Below are positions 10,510-21,243 of a stretch of 64,000 nucleotides of DNA, piece by piece. The stretch is from an uncultured Sterolibacterium sp. (GTDB taxonomy: Bacteria; Pseudomonadota; Gammaproteobacteria; Burkholderiales; Rhodocyclaceae), in assembly GCA_903832735.1 (NCBI GenBank), contig CAILCO010000058.1:1018-65017 (forward strand), written 5' to 3'. The translations under genes and the position numbers were made by a program. A model generated the notes under the pieces. It did no database searches. It was not told where the DNA came from and saw only the letters and a program-made list of their open reading frames with translations. Position 1 is the stretch's first letter; each line of letters opens with the position of its first letter.

Positions 10510-11267
10510 ATGTTGCACCGCTGCGCATCCTGATCGTCGATGACGAGGCGCCGGCGCGGCGGCGCATCAGGGACTTACTTGCCGACATTGCCGCCGATCT
10601 TCCCAACATCGTCGTCGCCGAAGCCGCCGATGGAGTCGAGGCCCTGGAGCGGCTTGAAAATGAACTCGTGGACGTGATGCTGGTGGATATCCGCATGCCA
10701 CGCCTGGACGGAATTGGCTTGGCGCAGCAACTCGCGGCACGCGATGTGGCGCCGGCAGTGATCTTCACCACCGCCTTCGAGCAGTATGCGGTGCGCGCTT
10801 TCGAACTATGCGCCATCGATTATCTGCTCAAGCCGGTGCGCGCGCAGCGATTGCTCCTGGCCCTGAAGAAGCTGCCGCGGGCTGCTCCGGATGCGGCCAC
10901 GCTGCGTCGTTTGGCGCCGGAAGGACGCCGGCACCTGATCTCCAGCGAACGGGGCCGCGTCCTCCTAGTTCCATTGTCCGAGATCCTCTACCTTAGGGCT
11001 GAATTGAAATACGTGACGGCGCGCACCCTCGAGCGCGAATATCTGGTCGAGGAATCGCTGACCCATCTCGAGCATGAGTTCAGTGATCGTTTCGTCCGCG
11101 TGCATCGCAGCTGCCTGGTGGCTCGCGCGGCGATCGCCGGTTGCGAGCGCGAGACCGATGCGGAAGGCGAAGCGCGTTGGCGGGTCCTGCTTCATGGCGC
11201 CGTCGAGAAGTTGCCGGTGAGCCGGCGGCAATGGCCACAGATCAAGGCCCTGCTGAAGGAGGAATGA
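10506..11267 (+). CDS. algR: LytTR-family response regulator (AlgR-like)
   Basis: 253 aa. The start overlaps the kinase stop (ATGA). Receiver domain (ILIVDDE...MLVDIRMP) plus a C-terminal LytTR DNA-binding domain. Confidence 0.8.
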   Translation: MNVAPLRILIVDDEAPARRRIRDLLADIAADLPNIVVAEAADGVEALERLENELVDVMLVDIRMPRLDGIGLAQQLAARDVAPAVIFTTAFEQYAVRAFELCAIDYLLKPVRAQRLLLALKKLPRAAPDAATLRRLAPEGRRHLISSERGRVLLVPLSEILYLRAELKYVTARTLEREYLVEESLTHLEHEFSDRFVRVHRSCLVARAAIAGCERETDAEGEARWRVLLHGAVEKLPVSRRQWPQIKALLKEE

Positions 11268-11328
11268 GCCGTACGTTCATCCGTTGCCGCAAAACTATCG
11301 TTGGCACGTTCAATCAAGGGAAAGGTTT

Positions 11329-13005
11329 ATGGAAAGAATCTGGCTGAGTCAATATCCCGCGGGTGTGCCCGCCGACATCGACGCCAACGCGTACCGTTCG
11401 ATACCGCAACTGTTCGAGCAATGCGTCGCCAAGTACCGCGACCGGGAAGCCTACCGCTGCATGGGCGCCAGCCTGACCTTCGGCGAGGTCGACCGGCTGT
11501 CACGGAATGTCGCCGCGTGGCTGCAGGCGAAGGGCTTGGCCAAGGGTGCGCGAGTGGCGGTGATGATGCCTAATGTCCTGCAGTATCCGGTCTCGATATT
11601 CGGCATCCTCCGTGCCGGGTGTACCGCGGTCAATGTCAACCCGCTGTACACGCCGCGCGAACTGGAGCACCAGCTCAATGACTCCGGCGCGGAGGCGATC
11701 ATTGTTCTCGAGAACTTCGCCGCCACCGTGGAGCAGGTGATCGCCCGCACAAAAATCCGGCATGTCGTCGTGGCGACCATGGGCGATCATCTCGGCATCA
11801 AGGGCCTGCTGGTCAACTTTGTGGTTCGCAGCTTGAAGAAAATGGTGCCGTCGTTCAAGCTTTCCGATGCGACCGCTTACCGGAACATGCTCGCTGCCGG
11901 GGCCGTTGCGCAATTTCATCCGGCGGAACTGGCGCCCGAAGATCTCGCCTTCCTGCAATACACCGGCGGCACCACGGGCGTCTCCAAGGGTGCCATGCTG
12001 ACGCAGCGAAACATCATTGCCAACCTTGAGCAGGTTTCGGCGTGGTTCGCCCCTGGGCACGACGAGAAAAAGCCACATGTCATGGTGACGCCGCTGCCGC
12101 TCTATCACATCTATGCACTGACCTGCAATTGCCTGTTCATGATGAAGGACGGAGGATGCAATCTGCTCATCCCGAATCCGCGCGACATTCCCGGATTCAT
12201 CAAGGAACTTCGCGGCAACCGTTTCACGGCGATCGCCGGGCTCAACACGCTATACAACGCGCTGCTCAATCACCCGGAATTCGCGAGCCTCGACTTTTCG
12301 GCACTGCGCCTGGCGACCGCCGGGGGAATGGCGATGCAGAAGGTTGTCGCCGACCGCTGGCAGGAACTCACCAAGGTGCCGATACTGGAGGGCTACGGGC
12401 TCTCCGAAACCTCACCGGTCGCTACGACCAACCCGGTGACTCTCACTGCATACTCGGGCACCATCGGCCTGCCGATGCCGTCGACGATGATCACCATTCG
12501 CGATGATCGCGGCGCGACCCTGGCGCCGGGTCAGGTCGGCGAGATCTGCATCTCCGGCCCACAGGTCATGAAGGGTTATTGGCAACGCCCAGACGACACC
12601 GCACGAGTGATGGCGGCGGATGGCGCATTCATGACCGGCGATGTCGGCGTGATGGATGAGCTGGGCTACATCAGGATCGTCGACCGCAAGAAGGACATGA
12701 TCCTGGTTTCTGGCTTCAATGTTTATCCTAACGAGATCGAGGAGGTCGTTGCGGCCTGTCCCGGTGTCCTGGAGTGCTGCGCGATCGGCATTGCCGACGA
12801 AAAGTCGGGAGAAGTGCCCAAGGTGTTCGTGGTCAAGAAGGACCCGTCGCTCTCCGAGAAGGACATCCTGGATTATTGCCGCAAGAACCTTACGGCTTAC
12901 AAACTGCCGCGGCATATCGAGTTCAGGAGCGAACTGCCCAAGACCAACGTCGGCAAGATCCTGCGCCGCGCACTCCGCGACGAGGCCGGCAAGAGTACGG
13001 GCTAG
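11329..13005 (+). CDS. fadD: Long-chain fatty-acid--CoA ligase
   Basis: ATG 11329, with AAGGGAAAGG upstream, is preferred over TTG 11284. AMP-binding motifs: [26 protein letters not shown]...DRKKDMI. Confidence 0.88.
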   Translation: MERIWLSQYPAGVPADIDANAYRSIPQLFEQCVAKYRDREAYRCMGASLTFGEVDRLSRNVAAWLQAKGLAKGARVAVMMPNVLQYPVSIFGILRAGCTAVNVNPLYTPRELEHQLNDSGAEAIIVLENFAATVEQVIARTKIRHVVVATMGDHLGIKGLLVNFVVRSLKKMVPSFKLSDATAYRNMLAAGAVAQFHPAELAPEDLAFLQYTGGTTGVSKGAMLTQRNIIANLEQVSAWFAPGHDEKKPHVMVTPLPLYHIYALTCNCLFMMKDGGCNLLIPNPRDIPGFIKELRGNRFTAIAGLNTLYNALLNHPEFASLDFSALRLATAGGMAMQKVVADRWQELTKVPILEGYGLSETSPVATTNPVTLTAYSGTIGLPMPSTMITIRDDRGATLAPGQVGEICISGPQVMKGYWQRPDDTARVMAADGAFMTGDVGVMDELGYIRIVDRKKDMILVSGFNVYPNEIEEVVAACPGVLECCAIGIADEKSGEVPKVFVVKKDPSLSEKDILDYCRKNLTAYKLPRHIEFRSELPKTNVGKILRRALRDEAGKSTG

Positions 13006-13117
13006 CCCCGCTGGCCAAACCCGTTCGCTCGGGATCCCTGCGCCCTGGCCGGTCTTGACGTCATGCATGATAGAATCCGGCAAGGCAGCATTGTCCATTT
13101 CCTGGCAGATCCTCACA

Positions 13118-14056
13118 GTGAGTATTCATCCAACCCCTGCACGTATCGTGATCGCCACGCGCGAGTCGCGCCTCGCCCTATGGCAGGCCGAGCACACGAA
13201 AAGCCTTCTTGAGCAGCTATACCCGGCGGCGCAGATCGAACTCCTGGGTATGACCACCCGCGGCGACCAGATACTTGATAGGCCGCTGGCCAAGGTCGGC
13301 GGCAAGGGCCTGTTCGTCAAGGAGCTCGAGGCGGCGCTGCAAGATGGCAGCGCCGATATCGCCGTGCATTCGATGAAGGATGTGCCGATGGTGCTCATGC
13401 CCGAGTTCGCGCTGGTCGCCATCGGCCCGCGCGAAGTGCCGCTCGACGCGTTCGTTTCGAGCAAATATGCCAGCCTGTCGGATCTTCCGCCTGGCGCGGT
13501 GGTTGGCACTTCCAGCCAGCGCCGTGAGGCGCAATTGCGCGCCAGTTTCCCCAGCCTTGTCGTGACCAGCTTGCGCGGCAATCTCGACACGCGCTTAAGG
13601 AAACTCGATGCCGGCGAGTACGATGCGATCATCCTCGCAGCGGCGGGCTTGACCCGCCTGGGCCTCTCTTCCCGCATTCGGGCGGTGTTGCCGGCGGAAC
13701 TGTCGCTGCCCTCGGCTGGACAGGGGGCGCTGGGCATCGAAGCGCTGGCCTCTCGCCCTGAAGTCGCCGCCTGGCTCTCGCCCTTGAATGATCCATTGAC
13801 CGCCGCCTGCGTTCGCGCCGAACGGGCCGCATCTCGGGCCTTGGGCGGCAGTTGCGAGGTACCGCTGGGCACCTACGCTGTTCCGCGCGGGGACGGGATC
13901 TGGCTGCGTGGTTTTGTCGCCACGCCAGACGGCAAGCGCATCGCCAGAGCCGAACGCGAAGGCGCGGCCGCCGAACCCGAGGCGCTTGGTCTGCTCTTGG
14001 CCGAAGAATTGCGCATCCAGGGTGCCGATGCGATCCTTGCTTCCCTGGGTGGCTGA
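13118..14056 (+). CDS. hemC: Porphobilinogen deaminase (hydroxymethylbilane synthase)
   Basis: 312 aa from GTG 13118; the in-frame ATG 13067 is an alternative. The upstream part of ORF 12719.. overlaps fadD in another frame and is rejected. Motifs: [29 protein letters not shown]. Confidence 0.9.
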   Translation: MSIHPTPARIVIATRESRLALWQAEHTKSLLEQLYPAAQIELLGMTTRGDQILDRPLAKVGGKGLFVKELEAALQDGSADIAVHSMKDVPMVLMPEFALVAIGPREVPLDAFVSSKYASLSDLPPGAVVGTSSQRREAQLRASFPSLVVTSLRGNLDTRLRKLDAGEYDAIILAAAGLTRLGLSSRIRAVLPAELSLPSAGQGALGIEALASRPEVAAWLSPLNDPLTAACVRAERAASRALGGSCEVPLGTYAVPRGDGIWLRGFVATPDGKRIARAEREGAAAEPEALGLLLAEELRIQGADAILASLGG

Positions 14057-14068
14057 AGGCCGCGATCG

Positions 14069-14938
14069 ATGAACGAAGCGGTTATGATGCAGGATTGCCA
14101 GTTGCGGCCGCAGTCAGGCCCGTTGGCCGGTCGCCACATCGTGGTGACGCGCCCGGCCGGGCAAGCGCGTCAGCTGGCGGATGCAATATTTCGCGAGGGC
14201 GGCAGCGCGGTCCTGTTTCCTGTCCTGGCGATCCGCGACATCGACGATCCAGCGGGGCTAGCCGATATCGCAAGCCGCCTCGACAGTTTCGACCTGGCGA
14301 TATTCATCAGCCCCAATGCCGTCAGCAAGGCGCTCAAGTCGATCACGGCGCGCCGCGCCTGGCCCTTGACCACGCGTGTGGCAACCATGGGCGCCGCCAG
14401 CGAGCGCGAGCTGGCGCAGTTCGGCTTTAGCGACATCATCGCGCCGAAACAACGCTTCGATTCCGAAGCCTTGCTCGACATGCCGGCGCTGCAGGACATG
14501 GCGGGCAAGCATGTCGTTATTTTCCGCGGCGACGGCGGCCGCGAACTCCTCGGCGATACTCTGGCGGCACGCGGAGCGACCATCGAGCATGTCGCATGCT
14601 ACCGTCGCGGCAGACCCGATCTCGATGCCGCGCCGCTCTTGAAACTCTGGGCGCGCGGCGAACTGGACGCCATTACTGTTACCAGCAGCGAAGGAGTGCG
14701 CAACCTCTTCGACATGGTCGGTAGCCTCGGGCAAAGCTGGCTAAGGAAGACGCCGCTGTTCGCGTCACACCAACGCATCGCCCTGCAGGCAAGCAGGCTG
14801 GGGCTGGAAAAGGTATCGACTACCGAGCCCGGCGACGAAGGTCTGCTGGCCGGGTTGATCGCTTATTTTGCCAGGCCCGAAGCGGTTCGCAGCATAGCAG
14901 CAGACGACCCCGGATCCGCTGCGCGCGATGGACACTGA
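14069..14938 (+). CDS. hemD: Uroporphyrinogen-III synthase
   Basis: 289 aa. It sits between hemC and hemX and shows the HemD-like two-lobe pattern (VVTRPAGQA...ISPNAV...VTSSEGVRN). Confidence 0.8.
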   Translation: MNEAVMMQDCQLRPQSGPLAGRHIVVTRPAGQARQLADAIFREGGSAVLFPVLAIRDIDDPAGLADIASRLDSFDLAIFISPNAVSKALKSITARRAWPLTTRVATMGAASERELAQFGFSDIIAPKQRFDSEALLDMPALQDMAGKHVVIFRGDGGRELLGDTLAARGATIEHVACYRRGRPDLDAAPLLKLWARGELDAITVTSSEGVRNLFDMVGSLGQSWLRKTPLFASHQRIALQASRLGLEKVSTTEPGDEGLLAGLIAYFARPEAVRSIAADDPGSAARDGH

Positions 14939-16040
14939 AACTTCCGCCCTGACTCAGGCCCAGTCCCCGCCGGGCTGGCGGCGCGCGCTGGCGGCGTTGT
15001 CCCGGCCGGCGGTGCTGATTGTCGTGATCAGTTTGCTGCTGCTGGGCTGGCAGTGGCTGGAGACGCGCGTGCGGCTGGCGGATTTGCAGCAGGTACTGGC
15101 CAAGCGCCTGGCCGAAAATGATGCCGAGGCGGCATCCGGACGCGCCATTGCGAAGCAGAACCAGGAAGCCCTGCAAGCCCTCACCGCCAAGTTCGGCGCG
15201 CTCGACGCCAAGCTTGCCGAAGCGCAAAGCCAGCAACTGGCGCTCGAAGCGATGTACCAGGAATTGTCTAAAAGTCGCGAGGAGCGCCTGCTGGCCGAGA
15301 TCGAACAGGCGGTGGCCATCGCGGCCCAACAATTACAACTGGCCGGTAATGTCGAGGCGGCGCTGATCGCGCTAAGCAGTGCCGACGCGCGTCTGGCCAG
15401 AGCCGGTCAAGCGCAGTTCCTGCCGCTGAGGAAACTCATCAACCGCGATATCGATCGTTTGAAGGCGCTGCCCCAGGCCGATGTGCCGGGTATCGCGCTC
15501 AAACTGGAGGGCGTGACCGGCGCCATCGACGGTCTGCCGCTCGCCTTCGAACAGCGCGCTCGAACCGCCGGCGAACTCCCGGCAAAGGTGGCAGCGAGCA
15601 CCTGGCAGCGCCTGGGGCGTGAATTGTGGTCGGAAATGAAGCTCCTGATTCGCGTTGAACGCATCGACCAGTCCGAGCCCGCTCTGCTTTCGCCGAGCCA
15701 AGTATTTTTCCTGCGCGAAAATCTGAAATTGCGTCTGATCAATGCGCGCTTGAGCCTTCTTCAGCGCGACGGCAGCAGCTTCCGCGAAGATTTGCGCCAG
15801 GCGCGCGACTGGCTACTGCGCTACTTCGATCGCAGCGCCAAGCCGGTGCAAGCCGCCGCCGCGACATTGAACTCGCTAGCAGCAGCCGATCTCAGCATTG
15901 AATTACCAAGCCTGAACGAGACCCTGGCCAGTTTGCGCAACTTCAAGCTGGCGCGAGAGAGGGAGAATCCGTCTCTCATCTCCCGCCCCAGCGGTGGCCC
16001 AGCCAAGGGCCGGGGTGACGGTGGCGGGGCGGGACGCTGA
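14928..16040 (+). CDS. hemX: HemX-family membrane protein (uroporphyrinogen-III C-methyltransferase-like, function uncertain)
   Basis: 370 aa. One N-terminal TM segment, then a long coiled-coil-like region. It overlaps hemD by 11 nt in the conserved hemCDXY order. Confidence 0.75.
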   Translation: MDTETSALTQAQSPPGWRRALAALSRPAVLIVVISLLLLGWQWLETRVRLADLQQVLAKRLAENDAEAASGRAIAKQNQEALQALTAKFGALDAKLAEAQSQQLALEAMYQELSKSREERLLAEIEQAVAIAAQQLQLAGNVEAALIALSSADARLARAGQAQFLPLRKLINRDIDRLKALPQADVPGIALKLEGVTGAIDGLPLAFEQRARTAGELPAKVAASTWQRLGRELWSEMKLLIRVERIDQSEPALLSPSQVFFLRENLKLRLINARLSLLQRDGSSFREDLRQARDWLLRYFDRSAKPVQAAAATLNSLAAADLSIELPSLNETLASLRNFKLARERENPSLISRPSGGPAKGRGDGGGAGR

Positions 16041-17206
16041 TGCGCATACTTCTTTGGCTGCTGACGCTCGCGGCGCTGGCGGTCGGCCTGGCGCTGGCGG
16101 CGCGTTACAACGATGGTTATGTCCTCATGGTGCTGCCGCCGTGGCGGGTCGAATTGTCGCTGAATCTTCTGGTCCTGCTGGAGTTGCTGGGTTTTCTACT
16201 GCTCTACCTGGCCCTGCGCACCGTGGCGAACACTCTCGCGCTGCCGCAGACGGTGCGCGAGTATCGCGCCAGGCGTCACCGCGAACAGGCCGAACGTGCC
16301 CTGGCCGAGGCCATTCGCTACAGTTTCGAGGGACGCTTTGGCCATGCCTTGAAGAGCGCAGTCAGCGCGCATGACGCCGGCTATGCGCCGGGGCTGTCGG
16401 CGCTGGTGGCGGCTCGATCCGCCCATGCCCTGCATGAGGATGAGCGCGAAGCGGAATGGCTCGCACGTGCCGCACGCTTCGATACGGAGAGCCGCAACGC
16501 GCGTCTGATGACCGAGGCCGAACTGTTTCTCGATGCGCACCGCTACGCTGAGGCGCAGGCAGCCCTCGACCTTCTTGCGGCCGGGGGCCAGCGCCATATC
16601 GCGGCATTGCGCCTGGCCCTGAAAAGCCAGCGGGCGCTTGGAGACTGGCGCGAAGTGCTGCGCCTGGTCCGGCTACTGGAGAAAACCCGCGCGCTATCCG
16701 CCCTGCAGGCAGCGCCGCTGAAACTGCGGGCGCACCAGGAAAACATGCGCGCGCTCGCGCTTCAAGCCGTTCCGCTGGCCAGTTATTGGCGCGAGATTCC
16801 GGCGTCCGAACGCCGCTCGCCGCAACTTTCGTTTGAGGCGGCGAAATTGTTGATCGCCGTTGGCGATTGCCGCGGCGCGCAGATCATCATTGAGGATGCG
16901 CTTGCTGATGAATGGGACTCGGGTCTGGTCGCGGCGTATGCCGAATGCTCGGGTGGCGATATCCTGGGTCGTATTGCTCACGCCGAAGCCTGGCTGAAGG
17001 CGCATCCCCGCGACGCGGAACTGCTGCTGGCGCTCGGTCGCCTCTGCCGTCAGCAAGAACTATGGGGCAAGGCGCAGAGCTATCTTGAAGCGTCGTTGTC
17101 CTTGGCGTCCACGCGGCCTGCGCACATCGAGTTGGCCCAATTGTTCGACCGCCTGGAGCGACCCGCAGAGGCCGACCGACACTACCGCCTGGCGGCTGGC
17201 ATTTAG
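16040..17206 (+). CDS. hemY: HemY-family membrane/TPR protein (heme biosynthesis-associated)
   Basis: 388 aa. Two N-terminal TM helices followed by TPR-like repeats. The start overlaps the hemX stop (TGATG). Confidence 0.75.
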   Translation: MRILLWLLTLAALAVGLALAARYNDGYVLMVLPPWRVELSLNLLVLLELLGFLLLYLALRTVANTLALPQTVREYRARRHREQAERALAEAIRYSFEGRFGHALKSAVSAHDAGYAPGLSALVAARSAHALHEDEREAEWLARAARFDTESRNARLMTEAELFLDAHRYAEAQAALDLLAAGGQRHIAALRLALKSQRALGDWREVLRLVRLLEKTRALSALQAAPLKLRAHQENMRALALQAVPLASYWREIPASERRSPQLSFEAAKLLIAVGDCRGAQIIIEDALADEWDSGLVAAYAECSGGDILGRIAHAEAWLKAHPRDAELLLALGRLCRQQELWGKAQSYLEASLSLASTRPAHIELAQLFDRLERPAEADRHYRLAAGI

Positions 17207-17221
17207 TGCATTCCTCCCGAC

Positions 17222-18112
17222 CTAAACCCAGTCGCGGGCGACGAGGAATTCGCTGCTGAGTTTTTCTTCGGCGCTGCCGGGCGCGGGATGCCAGTCGTAA
17301 CGCCACTTCACTATGGGTGGCAGCGACATCAGGATGGACTCGGTACGTCCGCCCGACTGCAGGCCGAACAGCGTGCCACGGTCATAGACCAGGTTGAATT
17401 CGACGTAACGGCCGCGGCGGTAGGCCTGAAAGTCGCGCTCGGCTTCGCCGTAAGAAAGAGCGCGGCGTCGTTCGAGGATGGGTAGATAGGCGTCCAGGAA
17501 ACTGTCGCCGACGCTGCGGGTCAGCGCGAAACAGCGTTCGAAGCCGCCCTCGTTGAGATCGTCGAAAAATATCCCGCCGACCCCCCGCGCCTCGTTCCGG
17601 TGTTTCAGGAAGAAGTAACGGTCGCACCAGGCCTTGTAGCGCGCATGGAGATCGGGCCCGAAAGGATCTACGGCCTGTTTGCAATTTGCGTGGAAGTGCC
17701 GCGCATCTTCGGCGTAACCATAGTACGGGGTGAGATCCATGCCGCCGCCGAACCACCAGACAGGATCATTGCCTTTGGCGACGAAGAAGCGGACGTTCAT
17801 GTGCGCGGTCGGACAGTGGGGATTCTTCGGATGCAGCACCAGGGAGACGCCTAGGGCCTCGTAGCCGCATCCGGCTAGTTCCGGCCTGGTGGCGCTGGCC
17901 GAAGGCGGTAACAGGTCACCGATGACATGGGAGAAATTGACGCCGCCGCGCTCGAAAAGCGCGCCTTCCTCGATCACCCGGGATATTCCGCCGCCGCCCC
18001 CGGGGCGCTGCCACTCGTCGCTGATGAAGTCGTGGCCATCGAACTGCGACAGTCGGGCGACAATGCCCGACTGCAGAGCGGTGAAATATTCTTTGACGCT
18101 CGCCGTATTCAA
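17222..18112 (-). CDS. hemF: Oxygen-dependent coproporphyrinogen-III oxidase
   Basis: 296 aa if started at TTG 18112, which overlaps the purD stop (TTGA). There is no in-frame ATG or GTG near the conserved N-terminus ([14 protein letters not shown]). Motifs: [23 protein letters not shown]. The upstream part of ORF ..18538 overlaps purD and is rejected. Confidence 0.88.
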   Translation of the reverse strand: MNTASVKEYFTALQSGIVARLSQFDGHDFISDEWQRPGGGGGISRVIEEGALFERGGVNFSHVIGDLLPPSASATRPELAGCGYEALGVSLVLHPKNPHCPTAHMNVRFFVAKGNDPVWWFGGGMDLTPYYGYAEDARHFHANCKQAVDPFGPDLHARYKAWCDRYFFLKHRNEARGVGGIFFDDLNEGGFERCFALTRSVGDSFLDAYLPILERRRALSYGEAERDFQAYRRGRYVEFNLVYDRGTLFGLQSGGRTESILMSLPPIVKWRYDWHPAPGSAEEKLSSEFLVARDWV

Positions 18113-19395
18113 GTGCTTCTGCGGCCGATGGCGCGATGACCGATGTCTCTCCGGTATTGCATGCCGTCGAAGCGGATCGTCTCGGCGAGTTCGTAGGCAC
18201 GCTTCTGCGCGGCGCGCACGTTGTCGCCCAGGGCGGTGACGCAAAGTACGCGGCCGCCGTCGGTGAGCGTATGGCCGCCCTTTTCGGTCGTGCCGGCATG
18301 GAAAATATGGCTGTCTTCTTCGCCGTTCGTTTTCCGAGGCAGGCCGTGAATGATGTCGCCCTTTCTCGGCTGGTTTGGATAGCCCGCCGCCGCCATGACC
18401 AAGCCAAGCGCCGCGCGCCGGTCCCACTCGGCCTCGATCTTGTCGAGGCGGACATCGATGGCTGCGTCGATCAACTCGACCAGATCGCTCTTCAGACGCA
18501 GCATGATCGGCTGGGTTTCCGGGTCGCCCATGCGGCAATTGAATTCCACTACCCGGACCGAACCGTCCGGCCTGATCATCAGGCCGGCATAGAGAAAACC
18601 GGTGTAGGGCAGACCATCCCTGGCCATGCCCTGTAGGGTCGGCATGATCACCTCGCGCATCACCCGGGCATGGACCTCCGGGGTCACCACCGGCGCCGGC
18701 GAATAGGCGCCCATGCCACCGGTATTGGGTCCCAGGTCGCCGTCCCCGAGCCGCTTGTGGTCCTGGCTGGTGGGCAGGGGCAGGGCATGCAGTCCGTCGG
18801 CCATGACGATGAAACTGGCTTCCTCGCCATCGAGGAATTCCTCGATGACGACCCGGGCGCCGGCATCACCCATGCGGTTGTCCAGCAGCATCATGTCGAT
18901 CGCGTCATAGGCCTCGGCGAGGTCGGCGGCGACGACTACACCCTTGCCTGCGGCCAGGCCATCGGCCTTGATCACGATAGGCGCGCCTGTCCCGGTGACA
19001 TAGGCGCGGGCCTTCTCGGCATCGGTGAAAGTCTCGAACTTCGCCGTCGGGATGCCGTGGCGGATCATGAAGCGTTTGGCGAAGTCCTTAGAGGATTCGA
19101 GCTGGGCTGCTGCCCTTGTCGGGCCGAAGATGCGCAGTCCTTTTTCCCGGAAGGCATCAACAATGCCGGCGGCGAGCGGACCTTCGGGCCCGACCACGGT
19201 GGCGTGAATCGGCTCTGATTGCGCGAAGGCGACCAGGTCGGCGATCGCGGTCAAGGGCAGGTTGACGACGCCGTCCTCCTGCGCCGTGCCGGCGTTGCCG
19301 GGCGCCACATAGACAGTCTGCACCCGCGGCGACTGGGCCATCCGCCAGGCCAGCGCATGTTCGCGTCCACCAGAGCCGATCAGCAATAGTTTCAT
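18109..19395 (-). CDS. purD: Phosphoribosylamine--glycine ligase
   Basis: 428 aa. [17 protein letters not shown], and the ATP-grasp segment [12 protein letters not shown]. Confidence 0.96.
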   Translation of the reverse strand: MKLLLIGSGGREHALAWRMAQSPRVQTVYVAPGNAGTAQEDGVVNLPLTAIADLVAFAQSEPIHATVVGPEGPLAAGIVDAFREKGLRIFGPTRAAAQLESSKDFAKRFMIRHGIPTAKFETFTDAEKARAYVTGTGAPIVIKADGLAAGKGVVVAADLAEAYDAIDMMLLDNRMGDAGARVVIEEFLDGEEASFIVMADGLHALPLPTSQDHKRLGDGDLGPNTGGMGAYSPAPVVTPEVHARVMREVIMPTLQGMARDGLPYTGFLYAGLMIRPDGSVRVVEFNCRMGDPETQPIMLRLKSDLVELIDAAIDVRLDKIEAEWDRRAALGLVMAAAGYPNQPRKGDIIHGLPRKTNGEEDSHIFHAGTTEKGGHTLTDGGRVLCVTALGDNVRAAQKRAYELAETIRFDGMQYRRDIGHRAIGRRST

Positions 19396-19406
19396 GTCAG
19401 GACTGC

Positions 19407-20999
19407 TCAGTGCCGGAAATGGCGGAAGCCGGTGAACACCATGGCGATGTTCTGTTCGTCGGCGGCGGCGATCACTTCCGCATCGCGCACCGAGCCTCCC
19501 GGCTGGATTACGGCGGTGGCGCCGGCGTGCGCCAGCACGTCGAGTCCGTCGCGGAAGGGGAAGAAGGCGTCAGAGGCGACCACCGAGCCGGTCACCGGGT
19601 GGCCGGCGTTCTCCGCCTTGATCGCGGCGATGCGTGCCGAGTCGACGCGGCTCATCTGCCCAGCGCCGATGCCCACGGTGACGCCGTCCCGACAATAGAC
19701 GATGGCGTTCGACTTGACGTACTTTGCGACATTCCAGGCGAACAGCAGATCGCGCATTTCCTGCTCGGAAGGCGCGCGTTTGGTCACCAGCTTCAGGTCG
19801 GCCTGAGTGATGCGGGCGGCGTCGCGCGTCTGCACCAGCAGGCCGCCGCCGACGCGTTTGTAGTCGAGGCTGGTATCGCTCTTGCCAAGTGGCACCAAGG
19901 CTATGACGAGGACGCGCAGATTCTGCTTGGCGGCGAATATCGCGCGCGCCTCTGCGGTGATCTCCGGGGCGATGATGACTTCCGCGAACTGCCCCGAGAC
20001 GGCTTCGGCTGCGGCCCGGTCGATGGCGACGTTGAAGGCGATGATGCCGCCGAAGGAAGAGGTCGGGTCGGTCGCGAAGGCCTTGCGGTAGGCCTCCACG
20101 GCGGAGCCGCAAGAAGCCACGCCGCAGGGGTTGGCGTGCTTGACGATGACACAGGTCGCAGTGCCTTCATCCCTGGCGAAGGCCTTGACGCATTCCCAGG
20201 CGGCGTCGGCATCGGCGATGTTGTTGTAGGAAAGTTCCTTGCCCTGCAGTTGCGTGTAGCCGGCAATGCTGCCGGCGACCAGGCCCGGCTCACGGTAGAA
20301 CGCCGCCTCTTGATGCGGATTCTCGCCGTAACGCAGATTCTCGACCTTGTCGAAAGCCAGTTGCAGCGCATCCGGAAAGCTGCCGGGTTTATTGTCTGCG
20401 TCCAGCCGGGTCAGCCAGTTGCTGATCGCGCCGTCATATCGGGCGGTATGGGTGAAGGCCTGCTTCGCCAGCCGGTAGCGCGTGGCATATGAGAGTTCGC
20501 CCGCGTTGGCCTGGATTTCCGCGAGGATCGCCGGATAGTCGTCGGGATCGGTGACCACGCCGACGCCGCCGGTCTCGTTGCCGTGATTCTTTGCAGCGGC
20601 GCGAACCATGGTCGGTCCACCGATGTCGATGTTCTCGATGGCTTCCTCCAGGGTGCAGCCGGGTTTGGCCACGGCCTGCTGGAACGGATAGAGGTTCACC
20701 ACTACCAGGTCGATGGGCGGGATGGCGTGCGCCGCCAGGGTGGCCAGATGCGTCGGTGCGTCGCGTCGCGCCAGGATGCCGGCATGCACCTTGGGATGGA
20801 GCGTCTTGACGCGTCCGTCGAGCATCTCTGGAAAGCCGGTGTAGTCGGCGACTTCGCTTACCGTCAGGCCGGCTCCCGCGAGCAGCTTGGCGGAACCGCC
20901 GGTGGATAACAGCTTGACGCCGAGGGCCTCGAGGGCGCGGGCGAAGTCGACGATGCCTCGCTTGTCGGAGACGCTAATCAGGGCCTGGGTGATTTTCAT
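19407..20999 (-). CDS. purH: Bifunctional AICAR formyltransferase / IMP cyclohydrolase
   Basis: 530 aa. N-terminal MGS-like IMPCH domain ([12 protein letters not shown]), C-terminal AICARFT domain ending FTGFRHFRH. Confidence 0.96.
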   Translation of the reverse strand: MKITQALISVSDKRGIVDFARALEALGVKLLSTGGSAKLLAGAGLTVSEVADYTGFPEMLDGRVKTLHPKVHAGILARRDAPTHLATLAAHAIPPIDLVVVNLYPFQQAVAKPGCTLEEAIENIDIGGPTMVRAAAKNHGNETGGVGVVTDPDDYPAILAEIQANAGELSYATRYRLAKQAFTHTARYDGAISNWLTRLDADNKPGSFPDALQLAFDKVENLRYGENPHQEAAFYREPGLVAGSIAGYTQLQGKELSYNNIADADAAWECVKAFARDEGTATCVIVKHANPCGVASCGSAVEAYRKAFATDPTSSFGGIIAFNVAIDRAAAEAVSGQFAEVIIAPEITAEARAIFAAKQNLRVLVIALVPLGKSDTSLDYKRVGGGLLVQTRDAARITQADLKLVTKRAPSEQEMRDLLFAWNVAKYVKSNAIVYCRDGVTVGIGAGQMSRVDSARIAAIKAENAGHPVTGSVVASDAFFPFRDGLDVLAHAGATAVIQPGGSVRDAEVIAAADEQNIAMVFTGFRHFRH

Positions 21000-21006
21000 G
21001 GCGAAA

Positions 21007-21243
21007 TTAGAGCAGATCGTATTCGGTCAGTTTGCGGCGCAGAGTATTGCGGTTGATGCCGAGCATCTCGGCGGCGACGGTTTGATTGTCGTTGGCTTTG
21101 TGCATCACGACTTCGAACATCGAGCGCTCGACGCAGCTGAGCACCATGTCATAAATGGCGGTTGGCGGTTCGCCGTCGAGGTCGCGGTAGTAGCGATTCA
21201 AGGTGCGCCGGATGCAGTCCGAGATTTCATTGCTATTACTCAT
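21007..21243 (-). CDS. fis: DNA-binding protein Fis
   Basis: 78 aa from ATG 21243 (ATGA overlap with the dusB stop). C-terminal HTH: [20 protein letters not shown]. Confidence 0.9.
   Translation of the reverse strand: MSNSNEISDCIRRTLNRYYRDLDGEPPTAIYDMVLSCVERSMFEVVMHKANDNQTVAAEMLGINRNTLRRKLTEYDLL

Noticed and set aside
13050-13063. CTTGACGTCA, which contains the palindrome TGACGTCA and a TTGAC half-site, upstream of hemC. Considered as a second FNR-type box or a -35 element.
   Set aside because: There is no matching GTCAA half-site at N4 spacing. The nearest -10-like hexamer (TAGAAT) is only 10 nt away, which is incompatible with a sigma70 promoter.
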